32,000 nucleotides of DNA from Nitrososphaera viennensis EN76 (GTDB lineage Archaea > Thermoproteota > Nitrososphaeria > Nitrososphaerales > Nitrososphaeraceae), in the NCBI RefSeq assembly GCF_000698785.1, contig NZ_CP007536.1, positions 930,001 through 962,000 on the forward strand, written 5' to 3'. Under the pieces are notes generated by a model that saw only the letters and a list, made by a program, of their open reading frames with translations, was not told where the DNA came from and did not search any database. The position numbers and the translations under genes were made by a program. Shown one piece after another: positions 7,225 through 17,713 of the stretch (position 1 is the stretch's first letter; every line of letters begins with the position of its first letter).

Positions 7225-8865
7225 CTATGCCCCCTTGTGCACGATGCTGTCAAGGTACATCTGCACGTGCGGCTCCGCGACCCACAGCTTGCTCTCTTTT
7301 TCAAACAGGTACCCGTACCTTTGCGAGCTTCCCATCTTTTCCTTTGACTGCAGTTCTGTAAGGTAGCGCGCCGTTATCGCCTCTTCGTCAAAGCCGTTCT
7401 TCCTTGCCACGGCTTCAAGCATGTCGTGCATTCCAGAGCCGTGCTGGGCGGCCTCTTTGACCCTGAAGGCGACATCGTGCGGTATGCCCAGCCTTTCTGC
7501 AAGTCTGCGGTGGACGCGCTTGCCAAACCTGTCGCCTGGCCTGACGTTTAGGCGCAGGTCTGCCTCCATCGATGCCTTGACGACGTACAGGTCAAGGTAC
7601 GGCTCGCGCAGCTCTATGCTGTGCGCCATCGTTATCTTGTCCTCGCGCTCCAGCGTCTCCTTGTACAGGAGCGAAAGGTCCTGCGCCATGCGCCTGCGCA
7701 GCTTGCGGTAGCCTTCGCGCTCGGCCACGCACGAGTACCAGTTGTAGCCGGCAAAAAGCTCGTCGGCACCCTGTCCTGTCAGCATTATGCGTATCCCGTC
7801 CTTCTTGGCAAGCTCGACCGCGCCGTACACGGGCAGGGCGACTTCTATCTGGCCAGCGTTGCTTTCCTCAATGACCCGGATTAGCTCTGGCACCAGCTGC
7901 TCGACCCTGTCCTGCGAAAGCTCGTTTGCTTTAAGCTTCAGCCCAAGCGTGTCTGCAATCTGGCGCGCAAACTCTAGGTCGCTTGACCCTTCCACTCCGC
8001 AGGTGTAGCAGATCACTTCAGGCACCATCTTGCTTGCAAGGTATGCCACGAGCACGCTGTCGATGCCGCCGGAAAATATTATCCCTATGCGCTGCACGTC
8101 CTGCGTGCGTTTTTTCATCGCGGCGACAAGCGCGTCTTCATAGGCGGCAACCGCAGAAGCCATTGTCCTGTGCATGACCCGCGCCTTTAGCAGGCCGGCT
8201 ACCTGCACCTGCGGCTTTGTGCAGGCCTTTTCAATGACGAGTGCGTGGCCGGGAAGCACGCGCAGAGTAGGCTCCTTAAAGCCCACCGCCCACAGCGCCT
8301 TGCGCTCTGACGCAAACGCCACCATCTGCTCGTTTTCCGCATAGTACATCGGCCTGACCCCAAGCCTGTCCCTCACAAGCACGGTGGTGTCCGTTGCTTC
8401 GTCCCGTATCGCAAGCGCATAGACCCCATCAAGCTCCGCCACGGTCCTCCTGACTGCTTCAAGGAGGTCGCGGCAGGAGTTGTTGTAATGCTCTTCAAGC
8501 AGGTGCACTATGACTTCGCTGTCGGTTTCTGTCGTAAAGGTGTGGCGCCCCTCGATTCGCGCTTTTAGCTCTTTGTAGTTGTATATCTCGCCGTTGTGCT
8601 CCAGAGTCAGCCTGCTGTCGCAGCTCCTGAAAGGCTGGGTCCCGCACGTCCCTCCCACGATGGCAAGCCTCGAATGGCCGATAACGCTCTGCGCGCACAT
8701 CTTGCCAAGGTCAAGGTCTGCCACTGATTGCGAACGTATCACTTGTCCTTCAAAAGAGACGCCGGCGCCGTCCGGCCCGCGGCTTGCCATGCTAAAAAGC
8801 ATCGAGCCGACAAGCGGCGCGACGTTCCCTCCACGTTTACTCAATACACCTGCAATTCCACACAT
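7225..8865 (-). CDS. asnB: asparagine synthetase, glutamine-hydrolysing
   Basis: N-terminal MCGIAG (Cys2 Ntn amidotransferase nucleophile) plus the PP-loop IIFSGGIDSVLVA. 546 aa. Confidence 0.9.
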   Translation of the reverse strand: MCGIAGVLSKRGGNVAPLVGSMLFSMASRGPDGAGVSFEGQVIRSQSVADLDLGKMCAQSVIGHSRLAIVGGTCGTQPFRSCDSRLTLEHNGEIYNYKELKARIEGRHTFTTETDSEVIVHLLEEHYNNSCRDLLEAVRRTVAELDGVYALAIRDEATDTTVLVRDRLGVRPMYYAENEQMVAFASERKALWAVGFKEPTLRVLPGHALVIEKACTKPQVQVAGLLKARVMHRTMASAVAAYEDALVAAMKKRTQDVQRIGIIFSGGIDSVLVAYLASKMVPEVICYTCGVEGSSDLEFARQIADTLGLKLKANELSQDRVEQLVPELIRVIEESNAGQIEVALPVYGAVELAKKDGIRIMLTGQGADELFAGYNWYSCVAEREGYRKLRRRMAQDLSLLYKETLEREDKITMAHSIELREPYLDLYVVKASMEADLRLNVRPGDRFGKRVHRRLAERLGIPHDVAFRVKEAAQHGSGMHDMLEAVARKNGFDEEAITARYLTELQSKEKMGSSQRYGYLFEKESKLWVAEPHVQMYLDSIVHKGA

Positions 8866-8981
8866 TTTTCTTTAACCAAAACCTGACACGCAGTCAGGCA
8901 TCTGCCCAAACTACCCGTACATGATTTAAAAGAGTTTGCCGGGAATGTTATGCAGCTTTTTTGCAGATCAATATCCCGCGG

Positions 8982-9110
8982 TCATGACGAATACTGGTCT
9001 TCGCCGCCAAGCGACTCTAGATATGCCGCGTGGCAGTCCTTGCACTGGTTTCCAACAAAATTGCTTTCCTCCACTTCTTGCTTGCAGCTGACGCACCTTT
9101 TTTTCGCCAT
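8982..9110 (-). CDS. small zinc-ribbon protein (42 aa), not in the ORF track
   Basis: ATG 9110-9108 to TGA 8984-8982 reads MAKKRCVSCKQEVEESNFVGNQCKDCHAAYLESLGGEDQYSS, with CxxC-13-CxxC. The frame differs from the implausible 69-aa track ORF 8968..9177. 'cacttatc' lies about 30 nt upstream. Confidence 0.45.
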   Translation of the reverse strand: MAKKRCVSCKQEVEESNFVGNQCKDCHAAYLESLGGEDQYSS

Positions 9111-9180
9111 AACGGCTGACAGTTGAAAATCTGCCGGCGGATAAGTGTTTGCGTGCGTGTTTATGCATCACTACCAATAT

Positions 9181-11190
9181 ATGCTTGAATTGGAAATTTA
9201 CAGCCCCTTGCTCTCAGCCACAGGAAGATTCCGCCTTGCAGACGTGTTTGCCCCCAGCGGCGACCAGCCGGAGGCCATAGAAAAGCTGGCAAAGAACGTG
9301 CAAAAGGGCGGGAGGCAGACACTCCTTGGCGTGACAGGAAGCGGCAAGACGTTTACCATTGCAAACGTCATTGCAAGGACAAACAAGAACACGCTTGTCA
9401 TATCGCACAACAAGACGCTTGCGGCGCAGCTGTACGCCGAGTTCAAGGAATTCTTTCCTGAAAACAACGTCGGATATTTCGTCAGCTTTTACGACTATTA
9501 CCAGCCGGAAAGCTATATCCCGCAGACAGACACGTACATCGAAAAGGACACGGAGGTCAACGAAAAGATTGAAAAGATGCGCCTTGAGGCTACCGCGATG
9601 CTCATGTCCGGCGAGCCCACCATCATAGTCGCGACCGTTTCGTGCATATACTCGCTTGGCTCACCAAAAGAGTGGGAGGGCAGCTCGATCGCCCTTGCCA
9701 GGGGAGACATGATCGACAGAAAGGCGATAATAAAGAGCCTCATAGACGCGCGCTATGAGCGAAACGACCTTGCGCTTGTCCCCGGCACGTTTCGCGCAAA
9801 GGGCGACACGATTGACATCATACCCGGCTACTCTGACGACGTTATCCGCGTATCCATGTTTGGCGACGAAATAGAGAGGATAAGCATCCACGACCACGTC
9901 AGCATGAAAAAGCTGCGCGAGGCAGGCGCTGTGAGGATATTTCCGGCGAAGCACTACATCACCGCAGAGGAGGCCCGCGAGCACGCAGTCAGGTCGATAA
10001 AGAGCGAACTGCAAGAGTGGCTGCCGCGGCTGCCCTCTGAACTTGAAAAGCAGCGCCTCGCCTCAAGGACGAAATATGATTTAGAGATGATAGAGGAGCT
10101 TGGCTACTGCTCTGGCATCGAGAACTATTCCCGCCACTTTGACGGGAGAAGGCCGGGCGAGCCGCCGTTCTGCCTTCTTGACTTTTTCGGCGACGACTTT
10201 CTCCTTGTAATAGACGAGTCGCACGTCACGATTCCGCAGCTGCACGGCATGCATAACGGCGACCACACGCGAAAAAAGTCGCTCGTGGACTTTGGCTTCC
10301 GGCTGCCAAGCGCGTTTGACAACCGCCCCCTGAAGTTTGAAGAGTTTGAGAAATACCTGAAAAACACGGTGTTTGTCTCTGCCACGCCGGGCCCGTACGA
10401 GCTAAAGACGAGCAGGCAAGTCGTTGAACAGCTAGTAAGGCCGACGGGGCTTGTGGACCCCAAGGTGGAGGTCAGGCCGACGAAAAACCAGATGGACGAC
10501 CTCATCCGTGAAATAAAAGCCAGGGCAAAGCGCGACCAGCGCACGCTCGTGACAACCCTCACAAAGAGGATGGCAGAGGACCTTGCAGAATTCCTGGCGA
10601 AAAACGAGGTGCGCGTGCGCTACCTCCACTCCGAGATAGAGGGGCTGGAGCGCACAGAATTGATAAGGCAACTGCGCCTCGGCGAATTTGACGTAATAGT
10701 GGGAATCAACCTGCTGAGGGAAGGCCTTGACATCCCGGAGGTCTCGCTCGTGGCGATACTTGACGCTGACAAGGAAGGCTTTTTGCGCAACACGACCAGC
10801 CTGATACAGACCTTTGGCAGGGCGGCCAGGAACCTTGACGGCATGGTGATACTGTATTCCGACAGGATGACAGAATCGATGGAGGAGGCTATCGAGGAGA
10901 CGGAGCGCAGGCGCAAGCGCCAGATTGACTACAACAGGCGCCACAAGATAACTCCAAAGACGATCGTCAAGCCGGTGCCAGAAAGCACGGCGCCCGGTGA
11001 AGTTGCCGAGGCGGCAGAGACAAAGTCGATGACCCGGCGCGACCTGCTAAAGCTTGCGATAGAGACAGAGGCGACAATGAAGAAATATGCCGAGGAGCTA
11101 GAGTTTGAGAAGGCGATAATGTTCCGGGAAAAGCTGGCAAGGATAAAAAGGGCGCTTGGCGACGTGACGCCTGTCACTGAGGTGTCCTGA
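9181..11190 (+). CDS. uvrB: excinuclease ABC subunit B
   Basis: [13 protein letters not shown], Walker [10 protein letters not shown], helicase motifs and the C-terminal UVR motif ([19 protein letters not shown]). The start is uncertain. TTG at 9208 gives a bacterial-like N-terminal length and sits about 25 nt after 'aatatatg'. The track start at 9145 is unlikely. Confidence 0.9.
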   Translation: MLELEIYSPLLSATGRFRLADVFAPSGDQPEAIEKLAKNVQKGGRQTLLGVTGSGKTFTIANVIARTNKNTLVISHNKTLAAQLYAEFKEFFPENNVGYFVSFYDYYQPESYIPQTDTYIEKDTEVNEKIEKMRLEATAMLMSGEPTIIVATVSCIYSLGSPKEWEGSSIALARGDMIDRKAIIKSLIDARYERNDLALVPGTFRAKGDTIDIIPGYSDDVIRVSMFGDEIERISIHDHVSMKKLREAGAVRIFPAKHYITAEEAREHAVRSIKSELQEWLPRLPSELEKQRLASRTKYDLEMIEELGYCSGIENYSRHFDGRRPGEPPFCLLDFFGDDFLLVIDESHVTIPQLHGMHNGDHTRKKSLVDFGFRLPSAFDNRPLKFEEFEKYLKNTVFVSATPGPYELKTSRQVVEQLVRPTGLVDPKVEVRPTKNQMDDLIREIKARAKRDQRTLVTTLTKRMAEDLAEFLAKNEVRVRYLHSEIEGLERTELIRQLRLGEFDVIVGINLLREGLDIPEVSLVAILDADKEGFLRNTTSLIQTFGRAARNLDGMVILYSDRMTESMEEAIEETERRRKRQIDYNRRHKITPKTIVKPVPESTAPGEVAEAAETKSMTRRDLLKLAIETEATMKKYAEELEFEKAIMFREKLARIKRALGDVTPVTEVS

Positions 11191-11194
11191 CAAT

Positions 11195-14053
11195 ATGGCG
11201 CACGACAAGATAATCATCAGGGGCGCAAGGCAGCACAACCTGAAGAACATAAGCGTCGAGATCCCAAAGAACAAGCTTGTCGTGATTACAGGGCTGTCAG
11301 GCTCGGGGAAATCGACGCTTGCGTTTGACACGATATACGCGGAGGGCCAGCGCAGGTACGTCGAATCATTGTCGGCGTACGCAAGGCAGTTTCTGGAGCT
11401 CATGGACAAGCCCGACGTCGACTCGATAGACGGGCTTTCGCCGGCGATATCCATCCAGCAAAAGACCACCAGCAAGAACCCGCGCTCGACAGTCGGCACC
11501 GTGACAGAGATCTACGACTATTTGCGCCTGCTTTTTGCAAGGATCGGCATCCCGCACTGCCCCAGGTGCGGCAGGCGCATTGCAAGCCAGTCCGTTGACT
11601 CGATCACAGAGTCGGTGCTAAAGACGGCGGAAGGCAAGAGCGTGATGGTGCTTGCGCCCGTCGTGCAGGCAAAAAAGGGCACGTACGAAAAGCTGTTCGA
11701 CGAGCTAAAGCATGAAGGCTACTCCCGCATAAGGCTTGACGGCGAGGTGACAAACCTCGAGGAAGAGGATGAAAAACCCAAGACGCCGAGGCTTGACAAG
11801 CAGAAAAAGCACACGATAGAGGTAATAGTCGACAGGCTAAAGCCGTCAGCTGAAGAAAAAAGCAGGCTCTTTGAATCAGTCCAGTCGGCGCTAAAAGTAG
11901 GAAGTGGCACTGTAGTCGTGTCGGTGGACGGCAAGGACACGATGTACTCGCAGAAAAACGCGTGCCCCCACTGCGAGATAAGCATAGGCGACATCGAGCC
12001 CCGCACGTTTTCGTTCAACTCGCCCTTTGGCGCCTGCCAGGGCTGCAACGGCCTTGGCATAAAAATCGAGTTTGACCCCGACCTGATAATACCAGACAGG
12101 CAAAAGAGCATCCTTGAGGGCGCAATAAGGCCGTGGACGGGGCACTTTGCCACTTTCCGCGCGTCGATGCTAAAGGACGTGGGCAGGAAATACGGCTTTG
12201 ACCTTGCCATGCCTGTTTCCAAGATGACGCAGAGGCAGCTCAACGTCATCCTGTACGGCACCGACGAGAACATACACTTCAAGTACGAGTCAAAGTATTC
12301 CGACAGCCGCTGGGAATACAACGGCACGTTTGAGGGCGTGATCCCAAACCTGGAGCGGACGTACAGGCAGACCGAGTCTGAGAGCAAGCGCGAAGACCTC
12401 ATGCAGTTTATGCGCGAGCGGCCCTGCGAGCGCTGCAGCGGCAGGCGCCTGCGGGAAGAGGCGCTTGCAGTCAAGATAGGAGACAGGTCGATAATGCAGG
12501 TCTGCGACCTGTCCATTGACGCCTGCTACAATTTCTTCCAGAAAATAGAGCTGTCAGAGACAGAGCGCTACATCGCCCGGACGATACTGAAGGAGATAAT
12601 GTCCAGGCTAGAGTTTTTGAGAAACGTCGGCCTCAACTACCTCACGCTCAACAGGATGAGCGCGACCCTCTCCGGCGGCGAATCGCAGAGGATCAGGCTT
12701 GCGACGCAGATAGGCTCTAACCTCACCGGCGTCCTGTACGTCCTTGACGAGCCGACAATCGGCCTGCACCAGCGCGATAATGCACGGCTGATTGATACGC
12801 TAAAGAAACTTCGCGACCTTGACAACACGCTTGTTGTAGTCGAGCACGACGAGGAGGTGATACGCAGTTCAGACTGGATAATAGACATCGGCCCGGGGGC
12901 AGGAATACACGGCGGCCAGATAGTCGCGTCAGGCACCCTTGCGGACATTGTTGCTAGTTGCGATTCCATCACCGGCGCGTTTCTGCGCGGCGAGCAGACT
13001 GCGGCGCACATGCACGAGCGCAAAAAGCCAGGCAAGTGGCTTGCCGTGCACGGCGCGCAGGAAAACAACCTGAAAAACATCGACGTCAGGTTCCCGCTTG
13101 GCTGCATGTCAGTAGTCACCGGCGTCTCTGGCTCTGGCAAGTCGACGCTTGTAAACGACATACTGTTCAAGGCCCTTGCAGGCCACTTTTTTGGCGCAAA
13201 AGACAGGCCCGGCAAGCACGGCAGCATTTCCGGCCTAGAGCACGCCGACAAGGTGATAGGAATCGACCAGTCGCCCATTGGCAGGACTCCCAGGTCCAAC
13301 GCCGCGACATACGTCAACGCCTTTACGCCGATACGCGAGCTGTTTGCCAGGACGCCGCACGCCCGGGAGATGGGCTACACCGCCGGCAGGTTCTCGTTCA
13401 ACGTGTCAGAAGGCAGGTGCGAGGCGTGCGAGGGCGGCGGCGTCAAAAAGATAGAGATGCAGTTCCTGCCCGACGTCTATGTCACCTGCGACGAGTGCAA
13501 GGGCAGGCGCTACAACTCGGAGACTCTATTGATAAAATACAAGGGCAAGACGATTTCTGACGTCCTTGACATGACGATAGAAGAGGCCCTGTCGTTCTTT
13601 TCAAACATACCTGCAATAACAAAAAAGCTGCAGACGCTAAACGACGTTGGCCTTGGCTACCTGCGCCTTGGCCAGCCGGCGACCACGATGTCCGGAGGAG
13701 AGGCTCAGAGGATCAAGCTTGCGGCAGAACTGTCAAGGCGCGACACGGGCAAGACAGTATACATCCTTGACGAGCCGACCACCGGCCTGCACTTTGCAGA
13801 CGTGAGCAAGCTGTTGCACGTGCTAAAGAGGCTGGTAGAACTTGGCAACACGGCCATCATAATCGAGCACAACCTAGACGTCATTGCCTCAGCAGACTGG
13901 ATAGTGGACCTCGGGCCCGAGGGAGGAGAAGGCGGAGGCACAATCGTGGCCGAAGGCACGCCCGAGCAGGTCAGCGAAAACGCCGCAAGCTACACCGGCC
14001 AGTACCTGAAGCAGAAACTTGCAATGGACCAGAGGCTGGTGCGGCGCAAGTAA
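11195..14053 (+). CDS. uvrA: excinuclease ABC subunit A
   Basis: [34 protein letters not shown], two ABC ATPase modules (LSGGE signature twice) and zinc-finger Cys clusters. 952 aa. It starts 4 nt after the uvrB stop. Confidence 0.95.
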   Translation: MAHDKIIIRGARQHNLKNISVEIPKNKLVVITGLSGSGKSTLAFDTIYAEGQRRYVESLSAYARQFLELMDKPDVDSIDGLSPAISIQQKTTSKNPRSTVGTVTEIYDYLRLLFARIGIPHCPRCGRRIASQSVDSITESVLKTAEGKSVMVLAPVVQAKKGTYEKLFDELKHEGYSRIRLDGEVTNLEEEDEKPKTPRLDKQKKHTIEVIVDRLKPSAEEKSRLFESVQSALKVGSGTVVVSVDGKDTMYSQKNACPHCEISIGDIEPRTFSFNSPFGACQGCNGLGIKIEFDPDLIIPDRQKSILEGAIRPWTGHFATFRASMLKDVGRKYGFDLAMPVSKMTQRQLNVILYGTDENIHFKYESKYSDSRWEYNGTFEGVIPNLERTYRQTESESKREDLMQFMRERPCERCSGRRLREEALAVKIGDRSIMQVCDLSIDACYNFFQKIELSETERYIARTILKEIMSRLEFLRNVGLNYLTLNRMSATLSGGESQRIRLATQIGSNLTGVLYVLDEPTIGLHQRDNARLIDTLKKLRDLDNTLVVVEHDEEVIRSSDWIIDIGPGAGIHGGQIVASGTLADIVASCDSITGAFLRGEQTAAHMHERKKPGKWLAVHGAQENNLKNIDVRFPLGCMSVVTGVSGSGKSTLVNDILFKALAGHFFGAKDRPGKHGSISGLEHADKVIGIDQSPIGRTPRSNAATYVNAFTPIRELFARTPHAREMGYTAGRFSFNVSEGRCEACEGGGVKKIEMQFLPDVYVTCDECKGRRYNSETLLIKYKGKTISDVLDMTIEEALSFFSNIPAITKKLQTLNDVGLGYLRLGQPATTMSGGEAQRIKLAAELSRRDTGKTVYILDEPTTGLHFADVSKLLHVLKRLVELGNTAIIIEHNLDVIASADWIVDLGPEGGEGGGTIVAEGTPEQVSENAASYTGQYLKQKLAMDQRLVRRK

Positions 14054-14054
14054 A

Positions 14055-15662
14055 ATGACGATGATAACCACAGCAACCCTTCGGGAAAAGCGCATCCCAA
14101 AAAACCCGGGCGTCTACCTGATGAAGGACGCAAAGGGCCAGATAATCTATATCGGCAAGGCAAAAGACCTGAGCAAGCGCGTCACTTCTTACTTTACAAA
14201 GCGCGACCACAACGGCAAGACCGCAAGGCTCGTGCAGGAAATAGCAGACATTGAGTTCATGGTCACCGACAACGAGATCGAGGCTTTCCTGCTAGAGTCC
14301 AACCTGATAAAGCGCTACCGGCCGGTGTTCAACATCGAGCTCAAGGACAACAGCCGCTATTCGTACCTAAAGATAACCGACGAGCAGTTTCCCCGGCTCC
14401 TTGTCGCGCGCCGGAACAGAAACGGCGAGTTCTCCGGCCCAAGGGGGAGGATTTACGGCCCGTTTGTGCGCGGCAGCTCAAAATACCTGACGGCAGGGCT
14501 CCTGCGCAAGCTGTTCAAGGTCAGGGTGTGCACCCGCCTGCCAAAGGTGCCCTGCTTGCAGTATTTCATCAAGAACTGCGACGCGCCCTGCATCGCAAAC
14601 GTGACGCGGGAAAAATACATGGAAGGGATTGACGCGCTGCGCCAAATACTTGAAGGCAAGAGCAGCGTCGAGCGCTTTGCCCAGGAAATGGAGGTGGAGA
14701 TGAAGCGCGCGTCTGACATTGGCGATTACGAGCGCGCTAGGGAGATCCGCGACACGCTCTATCGCCTGAGCGACCTGCGCATAAGGCAAAAGATGGAGAA
14801 GGCGAACAAGAGGCCCCACGAAGAGTACGTCGGGATTGTGCGCGACAAGAAAAAGGGCGTGGCGCACGTCATGGCGCTCAAGCGCACCCACGGCGTCATA
14901 AGCGACCGGAGGAAGTTCGAGTTTGATATTGTGGCAGACAACTCGTTTTCGTCGTTTCTTCTGCAGTACTATTCATCGGCGCCGGCAATCCCGCAGATGA
15001 TATTCACCAGCGAAGAGCCTGAGGAAAAGGGCGTGCTCTTGATGTCGCTTGAAAAGCTTGCAGGGCACCCGGTAAAGATAGCGGCCGCCGGCAACTCTGG
15101 CGAGAGGCGCCAGCTTGTCGACCTGATTATGAAAAACCTGTCAATGTACGTCGAGCGGGGCTACGCGCCGGCGGTCGTGGAACTGAAACAGGCGCTTGCG
15201 CTTTCCGTCATGCCAGAGACAATCGACTGCTTTGACGTCTCTAACCTTGGCACGGACATTGCGGTTGGCTCTAGCGTGCGTTTTGTAAACGGCAGGCCGC
15301 ACAAGGGGGGCTACCGCAAGTTCAGGATAGAGACTGTTTCAGGCCAGAACGACTTTGCGATGATTGCCGAACTTGTAAGGCGCCGGTACAAGGACGCAAA
15401 GGACCTGCCCGACCTCGTGGTAATAGACGGCGGCAGGGGCCAGCTTGGGGCGGCCACCTCTGCGCTTGCCTCGACGGGCCTCATCGTGCCGTGCATTGGC
15501 CTTGCCAAGGAAAACGAGGAGATCCACGTGCAGGGAGCAAAGGAGCCAATAGTTCTGCCGAGGAGGAGCGCGGCGCTGAGAATGCTGCAGCATGCGCGTG
15601 ACGAGGCGCACAGGTTCGGCCTTGCGTACAACAAGAACCTGCGAAGGCTCACTCGACCTTGA
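14055..15662 (+). CDS. uvrC: excinuclease ABC subunit C, short form lacking the C-terminal (HhH)2 domain
   Basis: GIY-YIG (PGVYLMKDAKGQIIYIGKAKDLSKRVTSYF), a UVR motif (YERAREIRDTLYRL) and an endonuclease-V-like region ending in RDEAHRFGLAYNKNLRRLTRP-stop. ATG 14055 lies 1 nt after the uvrA stop. Confidence 0.9.
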   Translation: MTMITTATLREKRIPKNPGVYLMKDAKGQIIYIGKAKDLSKRVTSYFTKRDHNGKTARLVQEIADIEFMVTDNEIEAFLLESNLIKRYRPVFNIELKDNSRYSYLKITDEQFPRLLVARRNRNGEFSGPRGRIYGPFVRGSSKYLTAGLLRKLFKVRVCTRLPKVPCLQYFIKNCDAPCIANVTREKYMEGIDALRQILEGKSSVERFAQEMEVEMKRASDIGDYERAREIRDTLYRLSDLRIRQKMEKANKRPHEEYVGIVRDKKKGVAHVMALKRTHGVISDRRKFEFDIVADNSFSSFLLQYYSSAPAIPQMIFTSEEPEEKGVLLMSLEKLAGHPVKIAAAGNSGERRQLVDLIMKNLSMYVERGYAPAVVELKQALALSVMPETIDCFDVSNLGTDIAVGSSVRFVNGRPHKGGYRKFRIETVSGQNDFAMIAELVRRRYKDAKDLPDLVVIDGGRGQLGAATSALASTGLIVPCIGLAKENEEIHVQGAKEPIVLPRRSAALRMLQHARDEAHRFGLAYNKNLRRLTRP

Positions 15663-15873
15663 CGCTTTCCCTGCGCTGTGCCCTCTTCATCTCCTGCTCT
15701 GCAAGCTCGATGTACTTGGCAAGGGCCGTGTCTGCAGACTGGGCCGCTATCTGGACCATCCTGGCAATGGAAATTGATGCAGTCATGGCCATCTCGGTAG
15801 CCATCCTGCCTGCCACCAGGGGCCACATGTACAAGTCGGGGCCGAGACCACCGCTACTGCTCTTTTCGACCAT
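15649..15873 (-). CDS. hypothetical small protein (74 aa)
   Basis: ATG start with 'tttaaga' 24-30 nt upstream, GC3-rich codons and a helical charged C-terminus (KYIELAEQEMKRAQRRESVKVE). It overlaps the uvrC 3' end by 14 nt, convergently. Confidence 0.5.
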   Translation of the reverse strand: MVEKSSSGGLGPDLYMWPLVAGRMATEMAMTASISIARMVQIAAQSADTALAKYIELAEQEMKRAQRRESVKVE

Positions 15874-15896
15874 GCAATAAAGTGTCCTTGCTGCGT

Positions 15897-15903
15897 CTTA
15901 AAC
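15897..15903 (-). promoter_or_regulatory. TATA-like box for the 15873 small ORF
   Basis: The minus strand reads 'aaagtttaagacg', with the box at -24 to -30 relative to the ATG. This fits leaderless geometry. Confidence 0.35.
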
Positions 15904-15983
15904 TTTCTATAGCAAAACGGCACACAACCAACAGCCGCCGGGAGGAAAAAAGGCAGAATATGCAAAATTAAAATGCATGGTAG

Positions 15984-16310
15984 GTGCATGTATACCCGTG
16001 GTGGAAAGGCGTGTCAGCTTTTGACGATAACCCATATTCGGTGCATTTTGCTCACTTTGCAAGCAAGCTGGAGCAGTACCTGAGAAAGAACGGGATCTCG
16101 TGCGATGACGCGGACATGATAATCGAGGAAAGCTCGGCCATTTACTTTGAAAAGCTGGGCTCTTCCACAAACAGGCTCCTGAAGGCCTTCAAGAAGCAGG
16201 ACCCTGCAGACGTGTTTGTCGACTCGGCCCACAAGGCCATCGAGAGGCACATCCCGGAGGCAAAAGACACCTTTGGCTCAACAGCCGAGATATCCAAGGT
16301 CATACGCTAG
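15984..16310 (+). CDS. hypothetical protein
   Basis: 108-aa ORF with coding-like composition and no recognisable motif. The start is uncertain (GTG 15984 or GTG 16011). 'aaaattaaaat' lies upstream. Confidence 0.5.
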   Translation: MHVYPWWKGVSAFDDNPYSVHFAHFASKLEQYLRKNGISCDDADMIIEESSAIYFEKLGSSTNRLLKAFKKQDPADVFVDSAHKAIERHIPEAKDTFGSTAEISKVIR

Positions 16311-16355
16311 GGAAAAATAATAATAGGAAATTTTGGATATAGCCTGCGTATAATA

Positions 16356-17552
16356 TTGTTGATAGTAGGCGTCCCGAGGGAGATAAAAGATCATGAAAAC
16401 AGGGTCGCGCTCACCCCGCGCTCTGTCGCGTCGCTGGTCGCGTCAGGGATCAAGGTGTCAGTCGAGCGCGGCGCGGGAGCCAAGAGCGGCTTTTCAGATG
16501 CCGAGTATGTTTCTGCTGGTGCGCAGGTTGCAGGCGACGCCGGCGAGCTGTACTCAAGGGCAGACCTAGTGGTCAAGGTAAAAGAGATCCAGGTCGGCAA
16601 GGGCGAGCACGCGCACATTTCGCAGAGGCACGTGATTTTTGGCTACAACCACTTTGAGTCAAGCCGCGAGCTGACCAACGCCGCGGTGAGATCAGGCGCC
16701 ACGTTCATCTCGTTTGAGAAGGTAATAGACGGAAACGGCCAGACGCCTCTTTTGATGCCCATGAGCAGGATCGCCGGGACCCTTGCCGGCGTGTGGTCAG
16801 GGTTTTTCCACAACTATGCGTTCAGGCACGACAGGTCGCTACGCATGAAGGCGGGTGCAGACCAGGTCAAAACAAAATTCATCGAAGACTTTGAGCTCAT
16901 CGCAGAGGGCAAGATCGACGGCGCGCTGGCAAGCGGCCTGTCGCTGCATGACAGGCAGGCGATAATATTTGGAGGCGGAACAGCTGGCGAGATGGCTGCG
17001 CGGGTCTGCCATGCGCTTGGGGCGAAACTCACGATAGTGGAAAAGAGGGACAGCCGCAGAAAATACCTGCACGAGCTTGGCCTTGGCAGGTGCTCGGTAG
17101 TGGCAAGCGCCGACTATGACGCAATAAAGGGGGCAAGCGCGATAATCGGCGCGACGTACGACAAGGAAAAGGCAGACAGGATGATTGACGAAACGACGCT
17201 AAAGAACGCGTCTGAGGTACGCAAGAAGGTGATAATCGACATTTCCATAGATCAGGGAGGAAACTTTCCCTTTGTCGACTCGACCGGCAGGTACGCGCCT
17301 GAAAGCATGGGCACCATAATGTCGCCGGCGCAGATAGACTATTTTGGCAACGTCTTTGTGCGCGTCCCAAACATGCCGTCCATCGTCCCCCGCTATGCGT
17401 CAATGGCGCTGTCAAACGCGATAACCGACTACGTCAGGGCCATTGCCACCAGCCAGGCCAGGCCGGAGCTTGTACGGGCCACAAGCATAGCAAAAGGCAA
17501 GGTGCTTGACGAGGCAGTCGCAAGGGCCCACAGCCATGCAAAGGCCTTTTAG
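16356..17552 (+). CDS. ald: alanine dehydrogenase / PNT-family NAD-dependent dehydrogenase
   Basis: VGVPREIKDHENRVALTPRSVASLVASGIKVSVERGAG...GFSDAEY is the AlaDH/PNT N-terminal domain. The dinucleotide loop is IIFGGGTAGEMAARV. TTG start. Confidence 0.8.
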   Translation: MLIVGVPREIKDHENRVALTPRSVASLVASGIKVSVERGAGAKSGFSDAEYVSAGAQVAGDAGELYSRADLVVKVKEIQVGKGEHAHISQRHVIFGYNHFESSRELTNAAVRSGATFISFEKVIDGNGQTPLLMPMSRIAGTLAGVWSGFFHNYAFRHDRSLRMKAGADQVKTKFIEDFELIAEGKIDGALASGLSLHDRQAIIFGGGTAGEMAARVCHALGAKLTIVEKRDSRRKYLHELGLGRCSVVASADYDAIKGASAIIGATYDKEKADRMIDETTLKNASEVRKKVIIDISIDQGGNFPFVDSTGRYAPESMGTIMSPAQIDYFGNVFVRVPNMPSIVPRYASMALSNAITDYVRAIATSQARPELVRATSIAKGKVLDEAVARAHSHAKAF

Positions 17553-17596
17553 CCGGCTCTTTTGCTGGAAGAGCGTTGGAAGCTAAAGACTCGCAC

Positions 17597-17713
17597 ATGC
17601 TCTGCCCGGCGTGCCAGCACGAGTACGGCTACCACGACAAGGAAGGCCACTGCCACAAGGGCTGCTGCGGCTGCGGGTCAGACGACCATCACCACAACAA
17701 TTGCTCGACCTAG
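17597..17713 (+). CDS. candidate Cys/His-rich metal-binding micro-protein (38 aa), not in the ORF track
   Basis: ATG 17597 to TAG 17711-17713 reads MLCPACQHEYGYHDKEGHCHKGCCGCGSDDHHHNNCST, with 8 Cys and 8 His in 38 residues. Third codon positions are almost all G/C, as in neighbouring genes. Confidence 0.4.
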   Translation: MLCPACQHEYGYHDKEGHCHKGCCGCGSDDHHHNNCST

